Assembly (NCBI GenBank): GCA_050613775.1
Contig: JBODTK010000001.1
Span: forward strand, 682,001-746,000
DNA length: 64,000 bases
DNA from: Neocallimastix sp. 'constans'
Lineage: Eukaryota
Direction of reading: 5' to 3'
Part shown: positions 1 through 13,600 of the stretch, in pieces
How positions within the stretch are numbered: the first letter of the stretch is position 1
How the letters are laid out: each line of letters starts with the position of its first letter
The notes under the pieces: model-generated
Database searches by the model: none
Told to the model about the DNA's origin: nothing
Seen by the model: the letters and a program-made list of their open reading frames with translations, nothing else
Made by a program: the position numbers and the translations under genes

Positions 1-943
1 TAATAAACACTTTAATAAAATAATAAAATTTAAGGTTAAATTATAGATATTGATATTAATAATAATAAAAATATAGAATTATTGATAATATTTTAGAAAC
101 TTTTAATAAAAATATAAAAAAAAATATATTTAGAAAATATTTTAGTATAGAAAATATAGTAAAGTAATATTAAGTAAAGAATAATATAATGGATTCTAAA
201 GTATGTTAAAATTAAGATATAAAATAGTTTTATGATTAATAACGTTACTAGGTTAATATGTTGAATTATATATTAATAATCTAACAATAATTAATTAATA
301 ATAATATAAAAATAATATAAGATAAATAGTTAAGTTATTTAAACACTTAATATCTAAGAATATTTTAAATAATAATTTCTTTGAAGGATTTATGAAAATA
401 TTTATTTATTGAATTATTAGTATATAATTATTATAAATACAATAACCTTACAAAGAACATAAAAGATAGATTTTTACATCTTTCTTTTATACTTTGTAAG
501 TTACATAATAATAGTATTTAATTATAAGATAATAATAATATAGTAAAATGAATATTAATAAAATATTAAAATAATAACAATATCGATATGTTTAAAATAT
601 TTAATATAATTAAATAAATTTAATTTGTATAATTAATTTGAATAATTAAAAATAGTAATTAATATATATGATATAAACATATATATAAACATAATATAAA
701 TAAATACATGTGACGTCATATGTAAATAATTGAAATTATTAATATAAATCTTATTTATTAATATTTTCAGAATTATTAGGCCAAAGATAATTCTTTAAAT
801 ATTAAATAAGAATTTATATTAATTATTAATTAAATGTATATTGAAATGTGAATAACTGAAATTGAGATTTCAATTCAGTTATAATTTCAACAAAGTAAGT
901 TGAAATTCTAATTAATAATCCATTATATGTTCGTTCTTTACCA
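1..943 (-). mobile_element. LTR of the element-2 family (5' LTR of an element outside the window, or a solo LTR), interrupted by a nested solo LTR
   Basis: 1-203 plus 898-943 match the distal part of LTRs 9834-10675 and 18020-18862 (…GGATTCTAAAGTA|AGTTGAAATTC…GTTCGTTCTTTACCA); truncated by the window start. Confidence 0.9.
204..892. mobile_element. Nested solo LTR (689 bp) with 5-bp TSD AAGTA
   Basis: Termini TGTTAAAATT…AATTTCAACA; AAGTA at 199-203 and 893-897; removing it restores the element-2-type LTR sequence. Confidence 0.88.
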
Positions 944-948
944 AAAAC

Positions 949-1542
949 TGATACAATATAAGTAATAAAGTATCAAATTTCTATTTGTAACGAGGTCGAG
1001 CAAATAGGGAATTTGTAAAATAATATATTCCAACTCAAAGATAATAAATAATAATTTACACAAATAATAAAATTTATTTATTTCTTTTTAAATCTTGTTT
1101 TTATTTATTTATTTATTTTACATAAATTATTACAATTATATTTATATTCCTCTGAATATAATGATTTTTATCTATCTCTAATAATTCAATTTATATTAAT
1201 ATCTTAATAATAATTTTACTTATAATTGTAGGATTCAACTCTTATCCTTTAACTATAAGTAATTACTTAATTATTTAAACTAAACTATAAGTTCTCTAAA
1301 ACTATTATTTTACTCAATTAGAATTTCTAAAACAACAAGAAAACTCTCTCTTTAACTTTTATTTCATTCTCTTCTTTTAAATTTATTAATTAATTTTATC
1401 TTGAATATTATTGGCTGTCTAATTAATTTTAATCTATTTATATAATGATTTAGTATATTATATTGTAATTATTTTTCACTATATTATTATAGGATTTTCT
1501 CTTTTGTTAATTTTCTTGCGTATTTCTAGCTGTATTGTATCA
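949..1542 (-). repeat. Element 1 3' LTR
   Basis: Direct repeat of 8191-8796 with several substitutions and indels; TG…CA termini. Confidence 0.93.
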
Positions 1543-1838
1543 AAACGCCCCCACTTAGTCTTGACTTCGTCCCTTGAAGTCTATTACTTGGGTATTTAGA
1601 TACAATTTATATAATATTTTTTTTTTTTATTAAATTTATAATGATTTATAAGATATATAATAAAATTTTTTTTTTTTTTTTTCTTTTTAATTAAATTTTT
1701 TTTTATAATAAATTTATAATGATTTACAAAATATAAATTTTTTTTTTTTTTTCTTTTTTTTTTTTTATTTTTTTTTTATTTTTTTATTAATTAATTAATA
1801 ATGATTTATAAAATATATATATATATACGTTATATATT

Positions 1839-4800
1839 TTATTCTTCATCATCTTCTATATTTATTTCCGTGAAGTATGGAATAATGTTCTTCAAATGGA
1901 TGTTTCTATCAGCAACTTCTCCTGTAATTGGGTCACAAACGGATACAGTGTTTAATTCTTGTTTTATAATCTTCAAAGGACCTGTAAAGAATGGGTCGAG
2001 TTTTCTTCTGTTAAACACTTTCACTAGTACCAAGTCACCAGGTTTATAATTGCTCTTTAAACGTCTAATTTGTTTTCTTCTGTCCATCCAAAGTTTATTC
2101 GCGGTCTCAATGTTTCTAATAGCTTCCCGGATCCATCTATCATGGGTAATGAACTTCCTTAATATATATTCTTCGTTTTCGAATTCGTTTCTCCGGTCTA
2201 TATTCAAAGATAATTCAAAAGGCTGAAGATCTCTACGGCCATACAATAATTCGAAACTACTGTGTTTCGTAACTTCGCTTTTGCTCGTTCTTAGTGCCCA
2301 TAACGCGCTATATAGTGTTTCATCCCATTGTTTATCGTTCTCACCCAGTAGTCTAAGGTATTTACAGATCTCACGGTTGCGGTTTTCCACCTCACCGTTT
2401 GAGGCAGGATAATATGTTGCAATGTATTGCACATATACATCATGCAAATCCAAAAATGCCTTTGTCTTATCCGATACGAATTGTGGACCATTATCCGTAA
2501 CCAAAACTTCAGGAATTCCATGACGCGATAACACCGACTTTAAAAACCTAATAACGTCTTCGGATTCAGTAGATTTAAGTGGCTCAGCTTCAGTCCACTT
2601 TGTAAAATAGTCTACAAGTACAATTATATATTTATTTCCGTTTTTGGTGAGAGGAAGGGGCCCAACCAGATCTAATCCAACTCTGGAGAATGGATATCCT
2701 GGTGGTATCGCAATATTTTCAGTGTAGTGGTTAAGTGGTTGTCGTCGACAAGTTTGACACTTGTGACAATATTTAATGAAGTTAGTTATATCTTGTTTCA
2801 TGTTCATCCAGTAATAGTCTCTCATTAAACGATAATAAGTCTTATAAATTCCTTCATGTCCTATGTTATGTGCTGCATTAATAAGTTTTATTTGTTCAGT
2901 TTTATCTTTAATAATCCTTCTGAGCTTACCATCTTGTTTATAATACTCAATACCATTTATATTAATAATTTCCTTTTTAATAAATTCTCTCATATATGTA
3001 ATAATAGTATCAGAGTCCGAATCCGCAACAACATTAGAAGGTAAATTATTATTAGTAGTAATTATATTAATAGTTTCTACAGGTTGATCCGAAACAGGTT
3101 TGTAAGAAGAAATATTATTCATAATTAAATCATTATTATTAATATTATTATTATCATCATTATTAACTGTTACCATTCTTGATAGTGCATCAGCAACAAA
3201 ATTATTTTTGCCTTCTTCATATGCTACTTGAACATTTAAAATACTGAGTTCAGTAATCCATTTCAAGTGACGGCTGTTGGTTGGTTCTCTCTTAGCAAAT
3301 ATATATACAAGTGGTTTATGATCAGTATAAACCATTGTATTAAACGGGCTTCCAGAAATATATGGTTTAAACTTTTGAACACAGTGATAAACTGCTTTTC
3401 CTTCAAGGTCTGTTATGCTATAGTTAAGTTCTGAGTTGGATAAGGTACGACTTTCAAAGTAAATTGGGACTTCTATACCATCTTGGTTCTTTTGTAACAA
3501 TACACCTCCTAGACCATCACGAGAAGCGTCAGTTCTAATAATAAACGGTTTTGAATAATTAGGAGCTGTTAAAATAGGTGCTTCAATTAGCTTATTCTTT
3601 AATAAATGAAATGAATTAGTACAATCTTCAGTCCAACAAAAAGGTGCCTCTTTCTTCAATAGTTGATATAAAGGCTTTGCGATCATGGCAAAATTTTTAA
3701 TAAATTTTCTATAATACGAAACAGCTCCTAAAAACGACCTTACCTGTTTCAAATTCTTCGGAGGTAGCCATTGTGATATAACCTTTACCTTGTCATTTAA
3801 AGGAGATAATCCTTTTGTCGAAAGCAAATGCCCTAAGATTTTGACTTCAGTTTGAAAGAAAGAACATTTTTCTAAATTTATTTTTAATTCATTTTCTTGT
3901 AAAATTGTAAATACCTTATGTAAGTGACAAATATGTTCATCTAAAGACTTTGAAAGTATAATTAGATCATCAATATACGCGAACATGCAGTCTCCTATTA
4001 AATCAAAGAAGATACGATTCATCTCTCTTTGAAAAGTGGCGGGGGCATTGCAAAGTCCAAAGGGCATTAAACGGAAGTTGTAGTTGCCAAACATAGTTGT
4101 AAAAGCGGTTTTATCCTTATCGGCTGTATCCATGGGAATCTGGTGATATCCAGAGTACAAATCAATAGTGGATAGAATTTTTATGTTATCACCAGCTAAT
4201 GATAGAATATCGTCAATAAGAGGTAAAGAATACGAATCTTTTATAGTTAAATCATTTAATTTCCGATAATCTACACATAACCTCCAATCTTTATTCTTTT
4301 TTGGGACTAAAACAATAGGTGAAGACCATTGGGAAGAGGATGGTTCGATAAGCCAGTCTCTAATTAGTTTCTTCAATATTTTCTTTAAAGCTATGGTTTG
4401 ATTTTTGGTTAATCGATAGGCTCTTTGTTTTATGGGTCTTGACCCAGGTAATAAATTTATTTTATGTGGGAATAACTTTGATTTTCCCAATTCGTCGGTT
4501 TTTAAAGCTAATATATTAATAAATTTTTGAAACATTTCTTTAACTTCTTTTTGAACATTAGATGGTAATGAATTAACAATTTTATCAATTATTTCATTTT
4601 TATTTGGTTTAGGATCTTCTTGTTTATTAAAGTCTGTGTTATTTACCACTAAGGTGCACAATAAGGGCTGAGGATCTAAATCTTCTGTATTAACATTATC
4701 ATCTTGATTCATGGGACGAGTGTCATATTGTAGATCTGATAGTTTATGGTAATTATTATTGTTATCAACATAGTACAGAGTATCATTAACAAAATCTAAA

Positions 4801-6713
4801 ATAAATCTATTCTTTTTTAAAGAATCAACTCCAATTAATATGTCAAATAAATTATCCTTTTCTATTATTCTGAAATAATTTTTGAATGATTTGTTCCCAA
4901 TTGTTATTTCTAATTCTATAATTTCGGATTGTACGGATGTTTCGGAACAGGCTTGTACTATGGTTTCATTGATAGTTTCTAAGGTAGGTTTGTTAATTTT
5001 TAATTTTTGTAAAGCTGAGCGAGTAATTATATTAAGACTCGCACAAGTGTCCAAAAATATTTCAGTATCGGCACCTTCTACTTTTCCTTTTGTTTTACTA
5101 ATTTTAAATTTACTAAATATTGATAATAGAGTGCTTGTAGAATTTCTAGGATTTAATTTTAAAGCTTTCGAAAAGGCTGCCCTGAACTTCGGAAATAAAT
5201 CAAGTAAGTGTACTAATTTAGTATTAATTTCAGTAGAAGCTATTTCTTTAACTAAATCTTCTATCAGATATTCGTCAAATTCTTCTACTAATTTTATGTG
5301 CCTTTCTTTATTTTCTTCTTTATTATTCATTTTATTATCACCTTGTGTGGGACTATCTAAAATTTCTTGTGCTCTTTTTAATTTATTAGATTTCTTCACA
5401 CTCCTGATATTCTTTTCGGTAATAAAGGAAGGATCTAGGTAGTTTAATTTTTCTGTCTCATTAATAGGTAAGTCATCATTATTCTCAATTTGGTTATTAC
5501 CTTCTTGACTTTCATTGTTATCATTCTCATTATATATTGAAGTATTATTACTCTCATTAGTATTTTTATTAAAATCTTGATTGCTTTTTTCAGACATTAA
5601 GACATCTTCTTCGCCCTTGTCTGATATAGTATTACTTTTTAATTTATTTAATTTATTGTTATGTTTATTAGTATTAGTTAATTGTTTATTTTTATTATTT
5701 GAACTCACTAAATGATTATTATGATTCATTGCTGTTGTTTGTATAGGAATTGGGTTGTTCTTTAATATTTCTCTTCTAGATGGTGTAAGTGTAAAGATAT
5801 TATTAATATCTTTATAAATTTTAATTAAATTTAATCATAAATTTAAGTAAAATTGAAATAAATCTATTAAAAATCACGTGTATAAAATTATTGCAAATAA
5901 TTTTAAACAAAACTTCGACTTCTTCCCAATCATATTAATAAATTAAAAATTTCTCTTGTGAAACTAGTAATTGAAAATCATTTCTTTTTATGTAATTTAA
6001 TTTAAATAATAAGAGTTAAGGTTTTTTACAAGATAAATTAACAACATGAAACTATGCAATTAGTCATGTTGAAACTTGCGGCATTTTATGCTAAAATCAT
6101 ATTAAATAATTATGACAACTTTTATATTAATTTTAAATAGAAAATATAATAAGAATTTATTAATAATATTTAAATAATAAATAAATAATAAATGAGCTCG
6201 ATTGAAATTGTTTATATTTATTTTAGTTATTAATTATAATTCTCTTTATTTAGTAATAGTTAATTATTTATTATTAGTTTAGGTTAGTATTGTTTTTAAA
6301 TAAATAGTTAGATAATATAATTCAATAGGAATTATATATTCTAAATGTAATAAGATAAAAATATAAATAGTTAACCAAATTTCATGTATTTTAATCGATG
6401 TAATTGTTATTAACGATTTATTGTTAATAACACTAATAATTAATAAAGATTATTTTAAAATCTAAATATAATAAAACTTATTTGTTTATAAAACATTTTT
6501 GTGTTATTTAGTGTTATTATAATTTTTGACTTATAATCTATTTTTTTTAAATCAAAACTTTATAGTAAGATTCTTACTTTTTGTTTTGGTATTCTTGATG
6601 GCGGTAGCAATGACTTCAGGTGAGTTGTTAATTATTGGAAGTGTCTTTGGGTTATTTTCTACTTGGTTGGTTTGTTTACTGGGAGTCATCCTTCTCCCAA
6701 TTATTGGTTTAAA
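1839..6713 (-). CDS. pol: Element 1 Pol (protease, RT, RNase H, integrase with GPF/Y motif), in the -1 frame from gag, interrupted by a nested solo LTR at 5790-6564
   Basis: FLDTCAS protease, WRLCVDYRKLN and YIDD RT, TDAS RNase H, H..GH…C..C zinc finger and DDE integrase, LDPFFTGP. Excising 5790-6564 plus one TSD copy gives an open frame from the slip site (6707-6713) into ORF 1839-5729. Confidence 0.92.
5790..6564. mobile_element. Nested solo LTR (775 bp) in the element 1 pol N-terminus, 5-bp TSD GTAAG
   Basis: Termini TGTAAAG…CTTTATA; GTAAG at 5785-5789 and 6565-6569; removal restores …KNLTPSRREILK…. Confidence 0.85.
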
Positions 6714-7846
6714 TGGCTAGTACTACTTGATACTTTTTCTTCCATTTCTGCAAGTTGTTTAAAGGAATAGGGGCAATCCGTAAATTTGTGTCCCGGTTGT
6801 GAGCAACGGAAACAGATAAGTCGTTTATTTAAATTATTACCAAAATTGGAAGTATTAACCTCCTTAATTTGATTATTATTTTTGTTATCACCATTTAAGT
6901 TAGTGATCGACATGAGATTATTTCCAGGGGTAAAGGCCGCAATATTTCGTTTGTTATTACCGTTAGATTGATTATTATTTTTCATATAGTTTCTATAGTT
7001 ATTAAAATTTTGACTGTTATATTTTGAATTAGTATTATTATTAATTCCATTTACATTATTATAAGTATTTCCATTGAGGTTTTTATTATTATAATAATTA
7101 TTATAGTTATTATAATATTGACTATTATTATTATTATCTTTATATCCATAAGTGTTATAATTATTATAATTAGGATTAAAATATCTCTGGATGCCACGAC
7201 GACGGGATTGTCCTACTAAAAATCCTTGATAGAATGGGTGATTCATAATCGATAAACCTCTGTTATTCTGAGCTATCATCAAATTATTACTATGATAATT
7301 ATTTTCATTGAATGAAACTGTATTCATCTCTCTCTCTGTTTCTTCTGCAACCTCAGCTACCTTGTAAGCTTCGCTTAATGTTTCACATTCAGCCTCCAAT
7401 ACTCTTGAGCAAGGATACATTCGAGTTTTTATTGCATTTATGTAGTCTTTTACGGAGACAAATTGTTGACGGTCTCTGCTTAGCCTGTGATATAATCTTT
7501 TATGTCTATAATTAAATTTTTTTACTGTTTCATTGTTACTAATTTTTAAATCCTTTAGAATAGAACATTTATCATTTTCAGTGACGTTTAAGTATTCTTC
7601 GATGCACGATTGAATTTGCTTGAGGGAAGGATATTTCACTTCATTTCCCTTTTTCACTTTAAGAGAATTCAAATCTCCATGTACATCTTCATCTGTGGCT
7701 TCTAATACCCAAATGAAGATCTTTCTTGGTTCGACGATGTCATATAATTCTAGGGTTTTAGCTAAGTCGCTAATCCAAGTATCAACGTCTTTGTCATAAT
7801 CGTTCAAGCGAGGTAGAACCCTTTGTAACTTTTCGGCATCAATCAT
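6701..7846 (-). CDS. gag: Element 1 Gag (capsid-like region, Asn-rich insert, CCHC zinc knuckle)
   Basis: 381-aa ORF with CFRCSQPGHKFTDC; homologous to element 3 Gag (LPRLN…, CPYSFxxLAEMEEK). Confidence 0.92.
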   Translation of the reverse strand: MIDAEKLQRVLPRLNDYDKDVDTWISDLAKTLELYDIVEPRKIFIWVLEATDEDVHGDLNSLKVKKGNEVKYPSLKQIQSCIEEYLNVTENDKCSILKDLKISNNETVKKFNYRHKRLYHRLSRDRQQFVSVKDYINAIKTRMYPCSRVLEAECETLSEAYKVAEVAEETEREMNTVSFNENNYHSNNLMIAQNNRGLSIMNHPFYQGFLVGQSRRRGIQRYFNPNYNNYNTYGYKDNNNNSQYYNNYNNYYNNKNLNGNTYNNVNGINNNTNSKYNSQNFNNYRNYMKNNNQSNGNNKRNIAAFTPGNNLMSITNLNGDNKNNNQIKEVNTSNFGNNLNKRLICFRCSQPGHKFTDCPYSFKQLAEMEEKVSSSTSHLNQ

Positions 7847-8166
7847 TTTTTTTTTTTTTTTTATAATTAATGTTAATGTAAATTGTTAAATGTAGAATTA
7901 AGAATAGGTAGAATATTTGTAATTAAATTTTTATATTATTGATATATTATATAATATGATTAATAAAGTATTTTATTTGTAAAAAAAAAAAATTTTAAAA
8001 AAAGAAAATAAAGAAAAATAAAATAAGATAAAATAAAATAAAAAAAAAATCTAAATTTTTTTGAAAGGTTTGTTTTATTAAAAAGAAATTAAATCAATAT
8101 TATTCAAACTATTATTTAATTATTATTATTTTCTTTTCATTGTTTTCATATTATTTTATTTTGCTC

Positions 8167-8183
8167 GCCCGGATTCTCCACCA
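8167..8183 (-). promoter_or_regulatory. Primer-binding site of element 1 (tRNA-Ala-like)
   Basis: Minus strand TGGTGGAGAATCCGGGC, complementary to a …CTCCACCA tRNA 3' end; 7 nt from the LTR. Confidence 0.75.
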
Positions 8184-8190
8184 AAATTTA

Positions 8191-8796
8191 TGATACAATA
8201 TAAGTAATAAAGTATCAAATTTTTATTTATTTAATTATAACGAGGTCGAGCAAATAGGGAATTTATAAAATAATATATTCCAACTCAAAGATAATAAATA
8301 ATAATTTACACAAATAATAAAATTTATTTATTTCCTTTTAAATCTTGTTTTTATTTATTTATTTATTTTACATAAATTATTACAATTATATTTATATTCC
8401 TCTGAATATAATGATTTTTATCTATCTCTAATAATTCAATTTATATTAATATCTTAATAATAATTTTACTTATAATTGTAGGATTCAACTCTTATCCTTT
8501 AACTATAAGTAATTACTTAATTATTTAAACTAAACTATAAGTTCTCTAAAACTATTATTTTACTCAATTAGAATTTTTAAAACAACAAGAAAAACTCTCT
8601 CTTTAACTTTTATTTCATTCTCTTCTTTTAAATTTATTAATTAATTTTATCTTGAATATTATTGGCTGTCTAATTAATTTTTAATCTATTTATATAATGA
8701 TTTAGTATATTATATATTGTAATTATTTTTCACTATATTATTATAGGATTTTCTCTTTTGTTAATTTTCTTGCGTATTTCTAGCTGTATTGTATCA
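8191..8796 (-). repeat. Element 1 5' LTR
   Basis: Adjacent to the PBS; repeat of 949-1542. Confidence 0.93.
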
Positions 8797-8800
8797 AAAA

Positions 8801-9330
8801 TGTTGAGGTTCATATTGTAAAAGGAGTGTGAACATTAAATAAATAGATAAATTAACTAATTACTAAATTACACTAAAAGAAATTATTACTACACATTATA
8901 AATTTTATTTAAAGAAGTATTATTAAAAAAATATTTATTATTTATAAATTATATAATTATTTTATTGTTAAAAATAACTTTATTAATATTAATATTTATT
9001 ATTATAACAATATGGGAAACCTTTCAGTTATTATTCCTATTTCATTATCACTACTATTTCTACTATTTCTTTTCTCAGAAAGGCCCCCCTTCATAAAATA
9101 ATATGGATAATACATATTTTATATTATTTAATTACATTATTAAAATCAATCATATAAATTAATTAATTACATAAATTTAATATTTAAAATAATAAAATAT
9201 AACTAATATAAAAATTATTAATATAGAATATAAGAAAATTATTAATAGTAAAGAATATAATAATATATTTTTATATAATAAATTATTAAAAATTTAATTA
9301 AAAATATTATTATTATTCTATTCTTTATCA
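8801..9330 (-). mobile_element. Solo LTR a (530 bp)
   Basis: TGTTGAGG…TTCTTTATCA, flanked by AAAA on both sides (8797-8800, 9331-9334); right end resembles the element-2 LTR end TTCTTTACCA. Confidence 0.78.
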
Positions 9331-9334
9331 AAAA

Positions 9335-9829
9335 TGATACGATATTTTTATTAAACATCAATATCAATATTTATTTTATTTTATTTGGACGATAACAGTA
9401 GGGAATAATTGACAAAATAATATATTCTAATATTATATAGAATAATACACACAATAATAATATTCACACTTTAATATTTAGTTTATATATTTTATTTATT
9501 TATTATCATTCATCAATAAAAATACATCATCAATATAAATAGTTGTTAATTAGTTAAAATATAATTAAATCATTCAATAAAATATAATTAATTACTAAAA
9601 TCTATCATATTATTAATGTAAACTAAATATAAAACTACACTAAACTATACTAATAAACATGTTTATAGGTTAAATTATTAATAAACTAAATTAATATTAA
9701 TAAAAGAACCATTCCTTAAACTATTATTATTTACTAACTATATATATTATTACTAAATTATTATTAACCAATAAGATTTCACTAACCTAATTTTCACTAA
9801 ATTATGGTATTTATGGTGGTACCGTATCA
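9335..9829 (-). mobile_element. Solo LTR b (495 bp)
   Basis: TGATACG…TACCGTATCA, flanked by AAAA; shares the AGGGAAT…AAAATAATATATTC motif with the element 1 LTR and its right end with the element 3 LTR. Confidence 0.8.
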
Positions 9830-10698
9830 AAAATGTTATGGTTCGGGTTTTATTAGAATTTTTATTTAATTATTTATTTTTAATATTTTCCTCTCTACAT
9901 TTTAATTATTGAAAAACTTCACTTATTTATACTTTTTGAAAAAAAAATAAATATGTAAAGCCTTTCTACATTTTATTATCATATTTAAAAAAAAATATTT
10001 ACTATTACTAATTACTTAAAATTTTATATTAATTTAAATTAACTAATTCATAAGTATTTTTATTTTAATAAATTTTGTTTACATAATTTTATATTATTTT
10101 TCATATACTAAAACTAAATTATTTAATATATACGAAAAGTAACAAACAAAATTTAAAAAGATTTTACAGAAAAATAAAGTTATTTTAATCAAGAATGTTA
10201 ATATAATATTCTTATATTTTATATAAAATAAATTTAAAAACTATAAATATATTTAATATTTATTATTAATCAATTAAGATTTGATTTTATTTGTGGGGAA
10301 TAAAAATATTAAATAATCAATTTAAAAATAAAATAAAATACTAAAAAGAATACAAGTTTAATATTGATACAATATAATAATAATATAATAATATATTTGA
10401 AAATAAAAATAAAATATTAATATTGATAATAAACACTTTAATAAAATAATAAAATTTAAGGTTAAATTATAGATATTGATATTAATAATAAAAATATAAA
10501 ATTATTGATAATATTTTAGAAACTTTTAATAAAAATATAAAAAAAAAATATATATTTAGAAAATATTTTAGTATAGAAAATATAGTAAAGTAATATTAAG
10601 TAAAGAATAATATAATGGATTCTAAAGTAAGTTGAAATTCTAATTAATAATCCATTATATGTTCGTTCTTTACCAAGATGTCCCCACTAAGACTCAAG

Positions 10699-13600
10699 CT
10701 AATCTATAGCTGAGTTATACTTTACTATATTTTTCAAATGAACATTACGATTCATTTGAATCATAGTATCATAGTATTTGGGTCCGCAAGTGTTACGGTA
10801 TTAAATTGTTTTTTTATTACTTTTAAAGGACCAACAAAATAAGGTTCTAATTTAGAACGACTAAAATTTCGAACAAGAACTAAATCACCGATTCTTATGT
10901 TTTTGGAATTTTTCATGCTATTTTTTTCTTCCCTTCGATTGGCCCAATATTTACTTGCGTTCTTTACATTTTCAGCTGCTTCCATGGTCCACCTATAATG
11001 TGAGATAAATTTTTCTAAAAGAATTTCATCTGAAGATTTATTCACTCCTTGTGTAGGTCTAGCAGCAATGTCGAAAGGCTGTTGATCCTCACGACCATAA
11101 ACTAATTCGAAGCTAGAATGTTTGGTTACAGAATTCTTTGTAGTTCTAAGGGCCCATAAGGCTGAAGGTAATACCTCATCCCAGTCTTTATTTTCTTCAC
11201 CAAGTAATCTCAATAATTTACCAATTTCTTTATTTCTATTTTCAACCAATCCATTACTTTCTGGGTGATAGGTAGTGGTAAATTTTACGTAAACATCATA
11301 TAAGTCCAGGAATATTTTAGTCATATCCGATGTGAATTGAACGCCATTATCCGTTGTAATGACTTGAGGAACTCCATGTCTAGCGAAAACATTTATTAAA
11401 AACTTAATGATGTCCTTAGATGTAATATTTTCAGTAGGTTCAGCCTCCACCCACTTTGTGAAATAATCCACCGCAACAATGATATATTGGTTTTTATTAC
11501 CAGTCTTTATTAAGGGACCAATAATATCAAGTCCAAGATGAGTAAAAGGGCCTTCAACTTCTGTTGGAATGTTTTCGGTTGGTTCTGGATATGGCTGAGG
11601 GCGATTTAACTGACATTTTTCGCATTTTGAAATTATTCGTTTTATATCGTTGACCATATCATTCCAGTAGTAACTTTTTCTAAGTCTTTGATATGTTTTA
11701 TAATAACCTTCATGGCCAACATGATGTGCTTCTAGAATTAATTTTAGTTTTTCATTTGTTTCGGTAACAAGTTTTCTATAATTATTTCCATCTATAAAAT
11801 AATCTATACCATCAATCTTTGTAAATTTTTATTCAATAAATTCTTTAATTACTTTAGAAAGTGAATCATTTTCATCATCTTTATTCGTTTTTATAGCTAA
11901 TACCTTTTGTTCTTTATCGTTCTTCATTCTAGATAAAGCGTCGGCTACTACATTCTTTTTACCTTGCTCATAGCGAATATCCACTTTTAGCATACTTGCA
12001 GTCAAACACCATCTTGTTTGTCGTGCATTATTCGGTTCCTTATTATTAAATAAACCCAGTAGAGGTTTGTGATCTGTAAAGACTATGGTTCTAAAGGGGC
12101 TTCCCATAATATAAGGTTTTAATTTAGTAATACAATAATATAAAGCCGTTCCTTCTAAATCGGTTATTCCATAATTCTTTTCTGCTTTGGTTAAGCTACG
12201 GCTAATGAAATGAATCGGGTGTTCTATTTCCGATTCGTCTTTCTGCAATAAAACTCCACCAATACCTTCATATGATGCATCTGTTCGAATAATGAATTCT
12301 TTGGAGAAATCAGGATATTTTAAAATAGGAGCATTAATTAATTTTTCTTTTAATTTGGTAAAACTTTGTTTTTGTTCATTATTCCATTTATATTTTACGC
12401 CTTTTCTTAATAGCTTACAAAGAGGAGCTGAGGTTTGAGCATATTCATTTATAAAGTTCCTATAATATCCTACAGCACCTAAGAATGATCTTAACTCATG
12501 TATATTCGTGGGTTCTTTCCAGGCTTTAATTGCTTCGATTTTACTATTTTGAGGACTAAGACCCTTAGTAGAAATCTTGTGACCAAGAACTTCAACTTCC
12601 GTTTGCATAAAGTGACATTTTTCAATATTAATTTTTAATTTATGTTCCTTGAAGATTGCTAATACCTGTTTTATGTGTTGGATATGTTCTTCGACAGTTT
12701 TTGAATATATAAGTATATCATCAATAAAGTTGAAAACACATTTTCCGATTAAAGGAAATAAAATTCTACTCATTTCCCGTTGGAAGGTAGCCGGAGCTCC
12801 AGTTAATCCAAAAGGCATAACTTTAAATTGGTAGTTGCCAAATTTGGTTGTAAAACTGGTTATTTCAACACTTTCTTCGTCCATTAGGATTTGATGGTAA
12901 CCTAAGTATAGATCCATAGTAGTAATGATTTTGGCACCATCTAGACTGTCAAATATCTCGTCAATATATGGAAGGGCATAAGAGTCTTTTTCGGTTAGAT
13001 CATTCACCTTGCGGTAGTCCACACACAATCTCCATTTTCCATTAGCCTTTGGGACCACAACAACAGGTGAAGACCATTCTGAATAAGATGGTACAACTAG
13101 CTTTTTCTTAATAAGTTTAATTAGTTCTTCTTTAATAATATCCGATTTAAATTTGGTTACTCTGTAACATCTTTGTTTAACAGGTTTTGCGTTCGCTTTC
13201 AAGTTAATCTTATGAGGTGCTAAGTCTGACGGGGTTAATTCTTCAGAAGATGTCGCTATAATGTCCAAGTTTTCTTCAAGTAATTTTACTATTACATCTT
13301 TATAATCTTTACAAAGACTTGCTAAAAATTTTTCATCATGGATATACTCTTGCGGAGATAGACCTTCAAGTTTCTTTAATTCATTAGTTGTGTCTTCATC
13401 TTCAAGTATTTTCCTTACTATACATACTAATTTTTCTTCTTCTTGGAAATTATTATTAATAGGAGCTATAACGTCGATGAGAATTAAATTGACATAAACT
13501 ATATCTTATAGGATGGATAAAAAGATTGTGTTCTACTTGAGTTTGAAAATTAATCAACAAATCATAAAATGGGTCATCATCATCAATTATTCGAAAATCT

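Larger units (their letters stand above)
949..8796 (-). mobile_element. Full-length Ty3/Gypsy LTR retrotransposon (element 1)
   Basis: LTRs 949-1542 and 8191-8796 (TGATAC…GTATCA); PBS 8167-8183; G-run PPT next to 1543; gag with CCHC knuckle; pol order PR-RT-RH-IN. Confidence 0.96.

Noticed and set aside
4882..5442. Antisense and alternate-frame ORFs inside gag and pol (also 1801, 2291, 2856, 6526, 7312, 12649, 14562, 21470, 21725, 22258, 25813)
   Set aside because: Shadow ORFs of retrotransposon genes with no recognisable motifs.
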